Shown: piece after piece, positions 23,182 through 32,722 of the stretch
Numbering within the stretch: the first letter of the stretch is position 1
Layout: each line of letters begins with the position of its first letter
Program-made: the position numbers and the translations under genes
NCBI RefSeq assembly: GCF_006345805.1
Contig: NW_021836867.1
Coordinates: 1-42,909, forward strand
DNA: 42,909 nt
Direction of reading: 5' to 3'
Source of the DNA: Octopus sinensis
Lineage: Eukaryota
Notes under the pieces: model-generated
Told to the model about the DNA's origin: nothing
What the model saw: only the letters and a program-made list of their open reading frames with translations
Database searches by the model: none

Positions 23182-23995
23182 TTTTCTACTCCAGGCACAA
23201 TGCCCGAAATTTCGGGGGAAGGGGCCCAATCGATTAGATCGACCTCAGAACGCAACTGGTACTTAATTTAACGACCGTGAAATGATGAAAGGTAAAGTCA
23301 ACCTCGGTTGTGTGATAAGAAGCTTGTTTCCCAATTACATAGTACTAGGTTCAGTCCTACTGCGTGACACATTGGGCAAGTGTCTTCTACTATAGTCTCG
23401 GGTCAACCAAAGCCTTGTGAGTGAATTTGGTAGACGGAAACTGAAAGAAGCTCATCGTATATATGTGTGTATGTGTGTGTGTTTGTCCGCCCCCACCCAT
23501 CTGTTTTTTTTATTGCCCACAAGGGGTTAAACATAGAGGGGACAAACAGGGACAGACAAACGGATTAAGTCGATTACATCGACCCCAGTGCGTAACTGGT
23601 ACTGAATTTATCGACCCCAAAAGGATGAAAGGCAAAGTCGACCTAGGCGGAATTTGAACTCAGAACGTAACGGCAGACGAAATACTGCTAAACATTTTGC
23701 CCGGCGTGCGAACGATTCTGCCAGCTATCCGCCCTCCCCCATCACCACTCGAAAACCGGTGTTGGTGTGTTTACGTCCCGGTAACTTAGCTGTTAGGCAA
23801 AAATGATCGATAGAATAAGTACCGGGCTTAAAAAAAAAATAAGTACTTAGTGACTCCGCCGAGGTTGACTTTGCTTTTCATCCTTTCGTGGGGTGGGGGG
23901 TCAATGAAATGATACCAGTTGAATACTGGTGTCGATGTAATCGACTTATAACCCCCTCCTGTGAAATTACTGGCTTTGTGCCAAAATTGGAAACC
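23182..23995. mobile_element. Nested SINE cluster: A2 fragment (-), SINE D (+, 23306-23850) interrupted by SINE A1 (-, ~23505-23735), A2 fragment (+)
   Basis: Manual homology to the family A and D copies elsewhere in the window. Confidence 0.7.
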
Positions 23996-24480
23996 AATAA
24001 ATTATATACTCAGTGATAAATATAAAGGGATACATGTATTCTTCATAAACTATAGGGTTTGCGGTGGATCTCTTTGTTTCCATTTGTTTATTTTGTTGTA
24101 CTCTGTCGACCAAGAAATAAAGAGGTTACTAAGAATGTGTTTATAGTGTCGCGATCCAGAAACTCCTCTTACCCCAGACCGTGAACCGCTGAAAAGCCCC
24201 CATAGGGAGAGGATTTTTACACACATCACGTGCTTCGGCCGAGATGTTTTATAATTGTCAGCAGCTGACCTCGTCGCAGAATGAGCGACCCACCCGCTTC
24301 CTTCTTTCTGTTTACAATCGTTAGAGTAAAATATCAAGGGAATGAAATTTCGACACCTTCGTTTGGAATTAGATTTGATGAACAACTGCGAAGATGAAAA
24401 CCGTTTTCCCCTTGTCTTTCTCTCTCTCTCCCTCCTCACTCTCTCTCCGTAGCACACCGTACGCCTGTACAGGCAATATC

Positions 24481-25430
24481 AATTCGACGTAAAGTGGGGC
24501 GAGCTGGCCGAAACGTTAGCACGCCGGACGAAATGCGTAGCCGTATTTCGTCGGCCGTTACGTTCTGAGTTCAAATTCCGCCGAGGTCGACTTTGCCTTT
24601 CATACTTTCGGGGTAGATAAATTTAGTACCAGTCGCGCACTGGGTCGATGTAATCGACTTAATCCCTTTGTCAATCCTTGTTTGGCCCCTTCTGTTTAGC
24701 CCCTTATGGGCAATAAAGAAATAAGAAACGTTAGCACGCCGTGCGAAATGCTTAGCGATATTTTGTCTACCGTTACATTCTGAGTTCAAACTCCGCTGAG
24801 GTCGACCTTGCCTTTCATCCTTTCAGATGTACCAGTTTCGCACTGGGGTCGATGTAATCGACTTAATCCTTTTGTTTGTCCTCTCTATGTCTAGCCCCTC
24901 CCCTGTGAGCAATAAAGAAACAAATTTGACGTAAATGCGGCGAGCTGGCAGAATCGTTAGCACGCCGGGCGAAATGCGTAGCCGTATTTCGTCGGCCGTT
25001 ACGTTCTGAGTTCAATTTCCGCCAAGGTCGACTTTGCCTTTCATACTTTCGGGGTAGATAAATTTAGTACCAGTCGCGCACTGGGTCGATGTATTTGACT
25101 TAATCCCTTTGTCTGTCCTTGTTTGCCCCCTCTGTTTAGCCCCTTGTGGGCAATAAAGAAATAAGAAACGTTAGCACGCCGTGCGAAATGCTTAGCGATA
25201 TTTTGTCTGCCGTTACATTCTGAGTTCAAACTCCACCGAGGTCGACCTTGCCTTTCATCCTTTCAGATGTACCAGTTTCGCACTGGGGTCGATGTAATCG
25301 ACTTAATCCTTTTGTTTGTTCCCTCTATGTTTAGCCCCTCCCCAGTGGGTAATAAAGAAATGAATTTGACGTAAATGCGGAGAGCCGGCAGAAACGTTAG
25401 CGGTATTTCGTCTGTCTTTACATTCTAATC
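24481..25430 (+). repeat. ~441-bp higher-order repeat (x2 plus a partial third) of a SINE A dimer
   Basis: Unit starts AATT(C/T)GACGTAAA are at 24481, 24923 and 25363. Private variants are shared between units: CATACTTTCGGGGTAGATAAATTTAG in the first monomer and the TTTCAGATGTACCAG deletion in the second. Confidence 0.9.
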
Positions 25431-26567
25431 AACTTATATGGCCGAAATGCTTCTTGATTAGCAAATAACGTACATTGGGAAAAGAATTAATGTTACGACT
25501 TCTATATTTTTTCTACAACCAGATACATATATGACAAGATGAACGCCATTTAATCGTGCTTATATCGGCTGCTTATTACAAGAACACACTCCGGTAATTT
25601 CCTACAAATTAGGACAATTAATTCACCAGATCAATCTTATAAAACGTAAAAGGATAGAACAGTACACAGAACTTAAGATATTTAATAGTAGTGAAGTGTT
25701 TAGTCGCAGGTCAATTCTGACTGAGTAGTCTTATAAATATTAACTTTTTAGGTTTGTGTCCTTCCTGTCAAGATCGATGTGTAAGGATTTGAAGTTAACT
25801 CAGTTCTGATGTGTATATATAATACCTATATAGAGTGAGATAAACTGAGGTGTCAAGAATTAATAAAATGTAATGGCTTTGGAGGGAAACAGCGCTGCAG
25901 AGAAATGGTCAACTGTAAAATTGTGCTGTAGCTGAAAGTCCCAATATAATTATAGACTGGGTTAGCTGTCGATCTCTGCGGTTTTGTACAAGCAAAGTAA
26001 GCAAAAACCAGCAGTGGCTAACGAAGAACGAGCGAAGAAATAAAGTAGCTCAAAGAAGCTAGAAATTGCAGCAAACTCAAATCGCAAAAGAAAGAAGGAC
26101 ACATTTGATAATGTTGCATTAGAGACAACATACGTGAAAGACGAGATGGTGACGTTTAAAACAAAGATCAATTTACAACGCAAATCTATTTCAGATTTAA
26201 AGAGGCTAAAGGTTGTGTAGAATTAAATCTTTTCTGTGTATAAACAGAAAAACTACAGCCAGAAATGACTTGTTCTTCCGTATCAGACGTTATAAGCTAC
26301 ATAAGCAAAATTAATAACACGGTATAAAAGATTGAATGTTTATTTATACAAAAAAAAAAAATGGCTGTCAGCAAAATTAAAATATGAAATGACACCTAAC
26401 TTCGAAGAATTTTCTATAAAAACCTAAATTTTTCTAAGGAACGTTTGTAGCTTGCAACAGAAATTTCTGTACACTGCATTATACTGAAATCAAACAAAAG
26501 ATTTTATAAGGAGTACGATTAATCGTTTATGAGCGAACTGATATGCATACATATATACATATATATA

Positions 26568-26797
26568 TATTTCTTTACTACCCACAAGGGGCTAAACACA
26601 GAGGGGACAAACAAGGACAGACAAACGGAATAAGTTGATTAGATCGACCCCGTGCGTAACTGGTACTTAATTTATCGACCCCGAAAGGATGAAAGGCAAA
26701 GTCGACCTTGGCGAAATTTGAACTCAGTACGTAACGGCAGACGAAATACGGCTACGTATTTCACCCGGCGTGCTAACGTTTCTGCCAGCTCGCCGCC
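26568..26797 (-). mobile_element. Full-length SINE A1
   Basis: Complete tail, body and head (…CCAGCTCGCCGCC). Confidence 0.9.
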
Positions 26798-26994
26798 TTA
26801 TATACATACATATATATCAGTTGATTCGACAATAAAAACAGTATTGATGTGATTGTTAACTGGAGTATTCTGCTTACGTTATTTTACAATAGGATGGGAG
26901 ACAATATTTAGCAATAATTCAGGATTGTTTATACAAGTTTCTTTGAAATATCTGGAGCAAAGCGATCAGTTGGCCTTAATAAACATAGGAATAG

Positions 26995-27323
26995 GAGATC
27001 CCCTTCGGTCATGATTGCACCTAGAAAGTTACCCTCCGTGGCATAAGCCCGGGCAAGGTTGTTTGTGGAAGACCAGCTGTAGCCGATGCATACCGGCATC
27101 CCCTCTCCATACCACTGATGTTATCCAAGGATAACAAGGCAAAGGGGCCGATACAGCTTGGCACCAGTGACGTCGCAACTCATTTCTACAGCTGAGTTAA
27201 TTGGAGCAACGTGAAATAAAGTGTCTTGCTCAAGAACACAACACACAGCCCGGTCCGAGAATCGAACTCACAACCTCACGATCGTAAGCTCTACGCTCTA
27301 ACCACTGAGTCATGCACCTTCAC
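26995..27323 (-). mobile_element. tRNA-derived SINE family C with CORE-like domain
   Basis: The rc head is GTGAAGGTGCATGACTCAGTGGTTAGAGCG with B box GAGTTCGATTCT. Segment 27181-27242 (rc GTTGTGTTCTTGAGCAAGACACTTTATTTCACGTTGCTCCAATTAACTCAGCTGTAGAAATG) resembles the CORE motif (TTGGGCAAGTTACTTAACCTC...CTCAGTTTCCTCATCTGTAAAATG). I cannot reliably assign it to the named octopus OK/OR1/OR2 families. Confidence 0.75.
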
Positions 27324-27778
27324 ATAATAAACTTAAAAGGTAATGAATAAATATTCGTCGCATCAAATACCATTCAAATTGGTTAATTTTTTTTTTTTTT
27401 CACTGAAATAATAGGATTATTATTACAGTTCTTCTTTACAACATTTGAGTAAAAACGATACGTATTGCCATAGTTATCGTGAAATCTGTTTTCGAATATA
27501 TTTGTAATACTGTGTTGGAAAAGTATGTTTATGAGATGAAATAGAATTATCAGCCTCTATTTTACAACTTTTAATATTGTCAGTCACTTTTGAATGCTTG
27601 TTTGATTCCTATATTCAGAATTGAGTTTGTGTCAACGAACTATTTATAAAAACAACTCGTCAATATGGCATGAATAGTTTGCGGGTTTTAATAAAAATTA
27701 TAAATAAACACATTTAATATGCTCAGCTTTGATGAGTAGTCGAAGATTCTCAGCTGTCGTCTGTCGAAACCTCGGTGG

Positions 27779-30478
27779 TCATCTTCCAGTTGTCGACTCT
27801 ACGCTCGACGATCTCTCGTCTGGCGATTCCTCGACCAGCAATTCCACGACCGGCAATTCCTCGTCCGGCAATATCAAGTCCGGCATTTCCTCGTTCGACG
27901 ATTCTTCGTCCACCAATACCAAGTTCGGTATTTCCTCGTCCGACGATTCCAAGTCCGGCAATTCATCGTTCGGCAATATCAAGTCCGGCAATTCATCGTT
28001 CGGCAATATCAAGTCCGGCAATATCAAGTCCGGCATTTCCTCATCCGACGATTCCACGTCCGACGATTCCTCGTCCGACAATTCCAAGTTCGGCGATTCT
28101 TCGTCCGGCAATTCCAAGTCCGGCAATTCCACGAACGGCAATTGCACAGTCGGCAATTGTACGACCGGCAATTCCCCGACCGGCACTTCCAATGCTGGAA
28201 ATTCCAAGTCCGGCAAATCCACGACCGACTCATCCACGACCGGCAACTCTAAGTCCGGAACTTCCGCGTCTGCTGATTCTCTTTTGTCACTAGAAGGTTC
28301 CTGAGGTTGTACACTGTAAGAGGTTTCTCCATGTTCAGCCTGATGTAAATCCTGTTCTCTATTTGTATTGTGAAGCTCCTCCCTCACCGACGTGCTGGGC
28401 ACATAATCATTTGCCAGCGAGTCACCGTGCCATGCGCTTGCTAACGGGCGGTAGTCGTATGTGCTTAACATCGGGTCGTCATGATGCAACTCGCTTGTCG
28501 ACGTACTGCAAGACGGCCTGTTTATTGACAAACAGGCCGACTGTCCACTTGTTGGTGATTTTTGAGAATGCATACTTCCTATCATGTACGACTCGCCGCA
28601 TGCCCAACAGGATCTGGACTGATTATTTTCGCTTGCTGCAGAACAGGTATGTGGTGCTCCACGAACAGAACTTGTTGGACTGAGACAGTGTAATCTGTTT
28701 CTTGGCTGCATGTGATGAAACCTATTTATCGACACATCGAATGCCTGTCCAGTTGTAGGTCTGGGCTGTACCTGTATACATGTATCTCTGGTCTGATTCG
28801 ATGCACTTACAGACGTGGTCTCGGTTTGAACACCAACAGATCTCATCTGAGTTTGTGTACCTTCAGATCTCCTTTGGATCCGTTCTATTTCTGCCCATAT
28901 AGAATACCTTTCAAGTAACTCGATGAAAAAATATAGTTCTTCTATCACCCTATCGTGATATCTGTTTAAATCTCTTAAGTATTGACTGTCCATTAGCATT
29001 GTATCGTTCAATCTGTTCATCGACGCACTTCGTGTGTGGCTGCTCATTGATGCATCATAATTTTGTTCGTTCAATGTTGAGCCGTAAGATCGTGCATTCA
29101 AAGCTATTCTTGGATGATATCGCCTCGCCAATGTGCTGGAAGTCTGAGATAAATATAACACGTCATCGAACTGAAGGTTCACAGGGGAGCTTTCCCTTCT
29201 CCTACTCTCTAGCGAGCACCCACTTCTATTCTGTGGTGGGCTGCAACGTCTCCCTCTAGCTCGCGTGCATCCAGTACCTACATTCATTTCCACGATTCTA
29301 ACATTTTTCTTCACTCGTGAGATTTTACTTTTCCCGCGCACTGGCGTACTTCCAGGCAATCCGCGCGCTGGAGCGCTTCCACGCATTCCGCGCGCTGGAA
29401 CGCTCCCACGCATTCCGCGCGCTGGAGCGCTCCCACGCATTCCGCGCACTGGAGCGCTCCCACGCATTCCGCGCACTGGAGCGCTCCCACGCATTCCGCG
29501 CGCTGGGACGCTTCCACGCATTCCGCGCGCTGGGACGCGTCCACGTATTCCACGCACCGGCGCGTTTCCACGCATTCCGCGCACCGGCGCGCTTCCACGC
29601 ATTCCGCGAACCGGCGCGCTTCCACGCATTCCGCGCACCGGCGCGCTTCCACGCATTCCGCGCACCGGCGCGCTTCCACGCATTCCGCGCGCAGGAGCGC
29701 TTCCAAGTATTCCGCGTATTGGCTGTCTTCTACGTATGCCGCGCACAGGCCGTCTTCCCTGCGTTCCGTGTACTGCCCGTCTTCCCTGCGTTCCGTGTAC
29801 TGACCGTCTTCCACGCATTCTGCGTACAGGAGCATTTAAACGTTTCCTGGGTACCGGCGCGCTTTCGCCTTCTCTTTTCTCACTTTCTCGTGTGCTAGAA
29901 GCCTGGTTGCTCTCTGGCACTTTGTGGCGTGTTTCTATCATGATCATTTTGGAAGGTGAAGTTCCGCACTCTGTCAGAGGTGGCAGCCTTATTTTTCCTG
30001 ATCTGAGTGTCTCTTCAATTTCTGGCCCGAGCTGGAGACGAAAATCTTCGCTTTTTGAGAAATTATGAACTTCGTAGGGTTGTAGGCTTTTAGACATACT
30101 GGGACGTGGAATGCTGCTCCCTGGTATATTAGCTTCAGGTAGTAGTCTTGATGTACTTAGTTCATGCACCGATTCAGTTTTGATAAGCTTCTCTGGAGTA
30201 TTAAGGGTATCGTCATCAGCTCCATGCCTGTTTGTACTGTGTGAAAGATCGGTTGGCTCGACGCATTTTTCCTTTTTGGGACTAACTGTGGAACGTCTAC
30301 ATGGTGAGTGATGCTTTTCGTTAACTTTTGAGTCCTGAGATGAGACAGCCACTGGATTAGGATCTGCAGTTAAGCCAAGTGGGCAAGTGTCCCCGATTTT
30401 AGATGTAGAAGGTCTAGAAATGTCTTCATTATCCTTCGAATGGGATTCAGTATGATGTTCATCTTCTGAAGAACTCAT
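27779..30478 (-). CDS. 899-aa uncharacterised, predominantly disordered protein: RG-rich 9-mer repeat, short helix plus tandem LC8-type TQT motifs, acidic SIM-like pentapeptide tail
   Basis: A 2.7-kb open frame that includes ~560 non-repetitive codons in AT-rich DNA. Both internal repeats have periods that are multiples of 3 (27 and 15 bp). The ATG has A at -3 and lies 3 nt after a TCTTTTCAG acceptor-like site. ATTAAA signals lie downstream (rc at 27713-27718 and 27687-27692). I recognise no homologue. Confidence 0.75.
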   Translation of the reverse strand: MSSSEDEHHTESHSKDNEDISRPSTSKIGDTCPLGLTADPNPVAVSSQDSKVNEKHHSPCRRSTVSPKKEKCVEPTDLSHSTNRHGADDDTLNTPEKLIKTESVHELSTSRLLPEANIPGSSIPRPSMSKSLQPYEVHNFSKSEDFRLQLGPEIEETLRSGKIRLPPLTECGTSPSKMIMIETRHKVPESNQASSTRESEKREGESAPVPRKRLNAPVRRMRGRRSVHGTQGRRAVHGTQGRRPVRGIRRRQPIRGILGSAPARGMRGSAPVRGMRGSAPVRGMRGSAPVRGMRGSAPVRGMRGNAPVRGIRGRVPARGMRGSVPARGMRGSAPVRGMRGSAPVRGMRGSAPARGMRGSVPARGMRGSAPARGLPGSTPVRGKSKISRVKKNVRIVEMNVGTGCTRARGRRCSPPQNRSGCSLESRRRESSPVNLQFDDVLYLSQTSSTLARRYHPRIALNARSYGSTLNEQNYDASMSSHTRSASMNRLNDTMLMDSQYLRDLNRYHDRVIEELYFFIELLERYSIWAEIERIQRRSEGTQTQMRSVGVQTETTSVSASNQTRDTCIQVQPRPTTGQAFDVSINRFHHMQPRNRLHCLSPTSSVRGAPHTCSAASENNQSRSCWACGESYMIGSMHSQKSPTSGQSACLSINRPSCSTSTSELHHDDPMLSTYDYRPLASAWHGDSLANDYVPSTSVREELHNTNREQDLHQAEHGETSYSVQPQEPSSDKRESADAEVPDLELPVVDESVVDLPDLEFPALEVPVGELPVVQLPTVQLPFVELPDLELPDEESPNLELSDEESSDVESSDEEMPDLILPDLILPNDELPDLILPNDELPDLESSDEEIPNLVLVDEESSNEEMPDLILPDEELPVVELLVEESPDERSSSVESTTGR
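27785..28264 (-). repeat. 15-bp coding minisatellite, 32 pentapeptide units (aa 739-898)
   Basis: ELPDL/ELPVV/ESSDE/ILPND/EMPDL units stay in strict 5-aa register. The plus-strand unit is of the AATTCC(A/T)(A/C)GTCCGGC type. Confidence 0.9.
29333..29863 (-). repeat. 27-bp coding minisatellite, ~19.7 units of SAPVRGMRG (aa 206-382)
   Basis: Counted from the translation. The core (aa 260-376) is homogeneous, the flanking units are diverged, and the repeat is CpG-rich. Confidence 0.95.
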
Positions 30479-30481
30479 TTT

Positions 30482-30770
30482 CTGAAAAGATTCTCACAGA
30501 TGATTTTAGTGACGGATTGGTTTTCTAATATTCCAGTAACCGAGTTAAGTAAGCTAAGCTTGTTTAAAAATAAATGGTAATAAATAATTTCTGGTGTTCT
30601 CGCTTTGGACACAGGTAAGGTTTTATCGCGACAAAAACGTTGTAGAGATGTTTATCGAAAAATACACGGACGACACGCTATGTTGCTAAATGCATTAATA
30701 ATTCAACCGTTGAATGATGGTTTAAATTGGATGAAATACGTGAAGATTTCGATAGGTAATGCATTCTTAC
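30482..30770 (-). other. Candidate 289-nt GT-AG intron in the 5' UTR of the 899-aa gene
   Basis: Minus-strand donor AG|GTAAGA at 30771/30770 and acceptor TCTTTTCAG|AAAATG at 30482/30481. This is motif evidence only. Confidence 0.4.
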
Positions 30771-30885
30771 CTCTGTAAATGAAATGCTGCGTATATATCG
30801 TACATATACAGGTAGAAACAGTAAAACGTAGGAGTGTATCAAAATGGACGAGGATTACGCATGCGTGATGAGTTCAGTGAGGTAA

Positions 30886-30922
30886 AAATCTGAACAGAGC
30901 TACTACTGGCAATATATATATG
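30886..30922 (-). promoter_or_regulatory. Candidate TATA + Inr core promoter for the 899-aa gene
   Basis: Minus-strand TATATATA starts at 30920, 29 nt before the A (30891) of an Inr-like TCAGAT. TA runs are common in this genome, so the evidence is weak. Confidence 0.25.
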
Positions 30923-31168
30923 CCAAAAATGTATGTACCCCACACAGAGAAGAATTTAATAAAGTAGAAATAAAAAAATAAAAATTACAAATTCTTCGGT
31001 TCGGTTTCGATTCCCACCTGCAAACTATTTTACATCGATAACGTTGAAATGTTTTAGAGAATGTTTATACAGTACGTTGAACACAAAATAGTTGCCCGGT
31101 TAAATTGGGAAGTTCTTGGCTCTATCACAACCTATACATACACACATATGTTTTATATATATATATGT

Positions 31169-31530
31169 GGAGGCGCAATGACCCAGTGGTTAGGGCAGCG
31201 GACTCGCGGTTTCGATTCCCAGACCGGGCGTTGTGAGTGTTTATTGAGAGAAAACACCTAAAAGCTCCACGAGGCTCCGGCAGGGGATGGTGGTGATCCC
31301 TGCTGTACTCTTTCACCACAATTTTCTCTCACTCTTACTTCCTGTTTCTGTTGTACCTGTATTTCAAGGGGCCGGCCTTGTCACTCTCTGTGTCACGCTG
31401 AATATCCCCGAGAACTACGTTAAGGGTGCACGTGTCTGTGGAGTGCTCAGCCACTTACACGTTAATTTCACGAGCAGGCTGTTCCGTTGATTCGGATCAA
31501 CCTCATCGTCGTAACCGACGGAGTGCTTCC
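31169..31530 (+). mobile_element. SINE family B, second 3'-tail type
   Basis: Same head as 8598, followed by GAGTGCTCAGCCACTTACACGTTAATTTCACGAGCAGGCTGTTCCG...GTAACCGACGGAG. Confidence 0.8.
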
Positions 31531-31538
31531 ATCTATCC

Positions 31539-31569
<31 letters not shown>

Positions 31570-32422
31570 TATAATATTATATTTAATAAATAATATTTTC
31601 AATATGATTTTCATAATTTTCAATGTATAACTTGATGCGCGTTGCAAAATTCAAGTGAACTCGATTAAATAAGTCTACATTTTAGTAAAATTGATATTTT
31701 CATCCAATTTATCTGAAAACCATTCACACATCTGCATTCGTCTACCAGGGTCGTCTTCCTTTGTAGCTTGTATGGATGAAACTTTTCCTCAACCAGCATT
31801 TAGAAAAGTAAAGTATTTTTTAAATTTAATTTAAACAAAAGTAAAAAAGGAAAATTATTATTTCTTATATTTAATTGTTTATGTTATCATTTTATTTACT
31901 CCATGTACCCAGACTCTGTGGACACCCTGTCCTGTATATATATAATCAGTTAAAGTAGTGAGGAAAGCAATTAGTCAAACAATTGGTATTTAGATTCATT
32001 CAATTCATAGCAAAATAATACAAAACTAGTAAAGATAGTAGAGATAGTCTCTGACAGCTATTTCTGGTGTATCCCGGCCATTGGATGATTGTATCGATTG
32101 AAGACATTACAAACCGGGTATTCCGTCATCGGAGAAATGTATCAAGAAATGTGTGATAGTCAGAGGAAGGAAAGCTCTTCTTTAATGATATTAATTGGTA
32201 ATCGTACACCCTCCTCCGAAATTGTTGGCCTTGTGCTAAAATTTGAAATCAATATTAATGACCAATGAGAGAAATAATTCTTCTTTAAATTAACAATACA
32301 ACGGCCTTAATAATCTGTGGTATGTAACGAGCCAACGAAAGAGCCTGAACAGATTTAATCGATCTACTAGAAACAGCAGCCGAGTCTCTTTCATACACTA
32401 CTCAACCGTCTTATAGGGACAT

Positions 32423-32545
32423 ACACGGGTTCTCAACCATTTTTTATCTATGGACCCTTTTGATTACTATTTTATTCTGGTGGACCTCCATAGCCTTTCG
32501 ATGTTCAAAATCTAGTTTTATAGAGACTTATTTCAAAATTCGGAT
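32423..32545 (+). mobile_element. Possible hAT-type MITE end fragment
   Basis: CACGGGTTCTCAACC resembles hAT/Charlie termini (CAG.GGTTCTCAAC). Related CCATATG-containing fragments lie near 8515 and 13025. Confidence 0.35.
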
Positions 32546-32552
32546 CTTTTCC

Positions 32553-32722
32553 CTTTGAACGGCAGATCGAGAAATTAATTTTTTGTAACTAAACACGTTC
32601 AAACTTCGAACACTGGTAGAATGTGTCATATAAAACATCTTTTACTCTTAGTGTTGTTGAGAAAAGTTTATATTTTCAAAATTATTTCGTGTTAAAGTAG
32701 TCGTGTTTCGATAATTTCAACC
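32553..32722. mobile_element. DNA-transposon/MITE-like fragment, inverted homologue of 21357-21527
   Basis: See 21357-21527. Confidence 0.65.

Noticed and set aside
24050-24457. 135-aa minus ORF with a strong donor-like GG|GTAAGA at 24172
   Set aside because: There is no recognisable protein and no matching acceptor or partner exon, so an exon cannot be supported.
27729-30068. Antisense and alternative-frame ORFs over the coding repeats (27729-28304, 27775-28293, 29265-30068, 29311-29835, 29317-29898)
   Set aside because: They are shadows of stop-free tandem repeats and close soon outside the repeats, whereas the 899-aa frame stays open through the unique sequence.
27779-30478. The 899-aa ORF as a retrotransposon gag/ORF1
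   Set aside because: There is no adjacent pol/RT, LTRs, poly(A) tail or TSD, the zinc knuckle is incomplete, and gene-like splice and polyadenylation signals are present.
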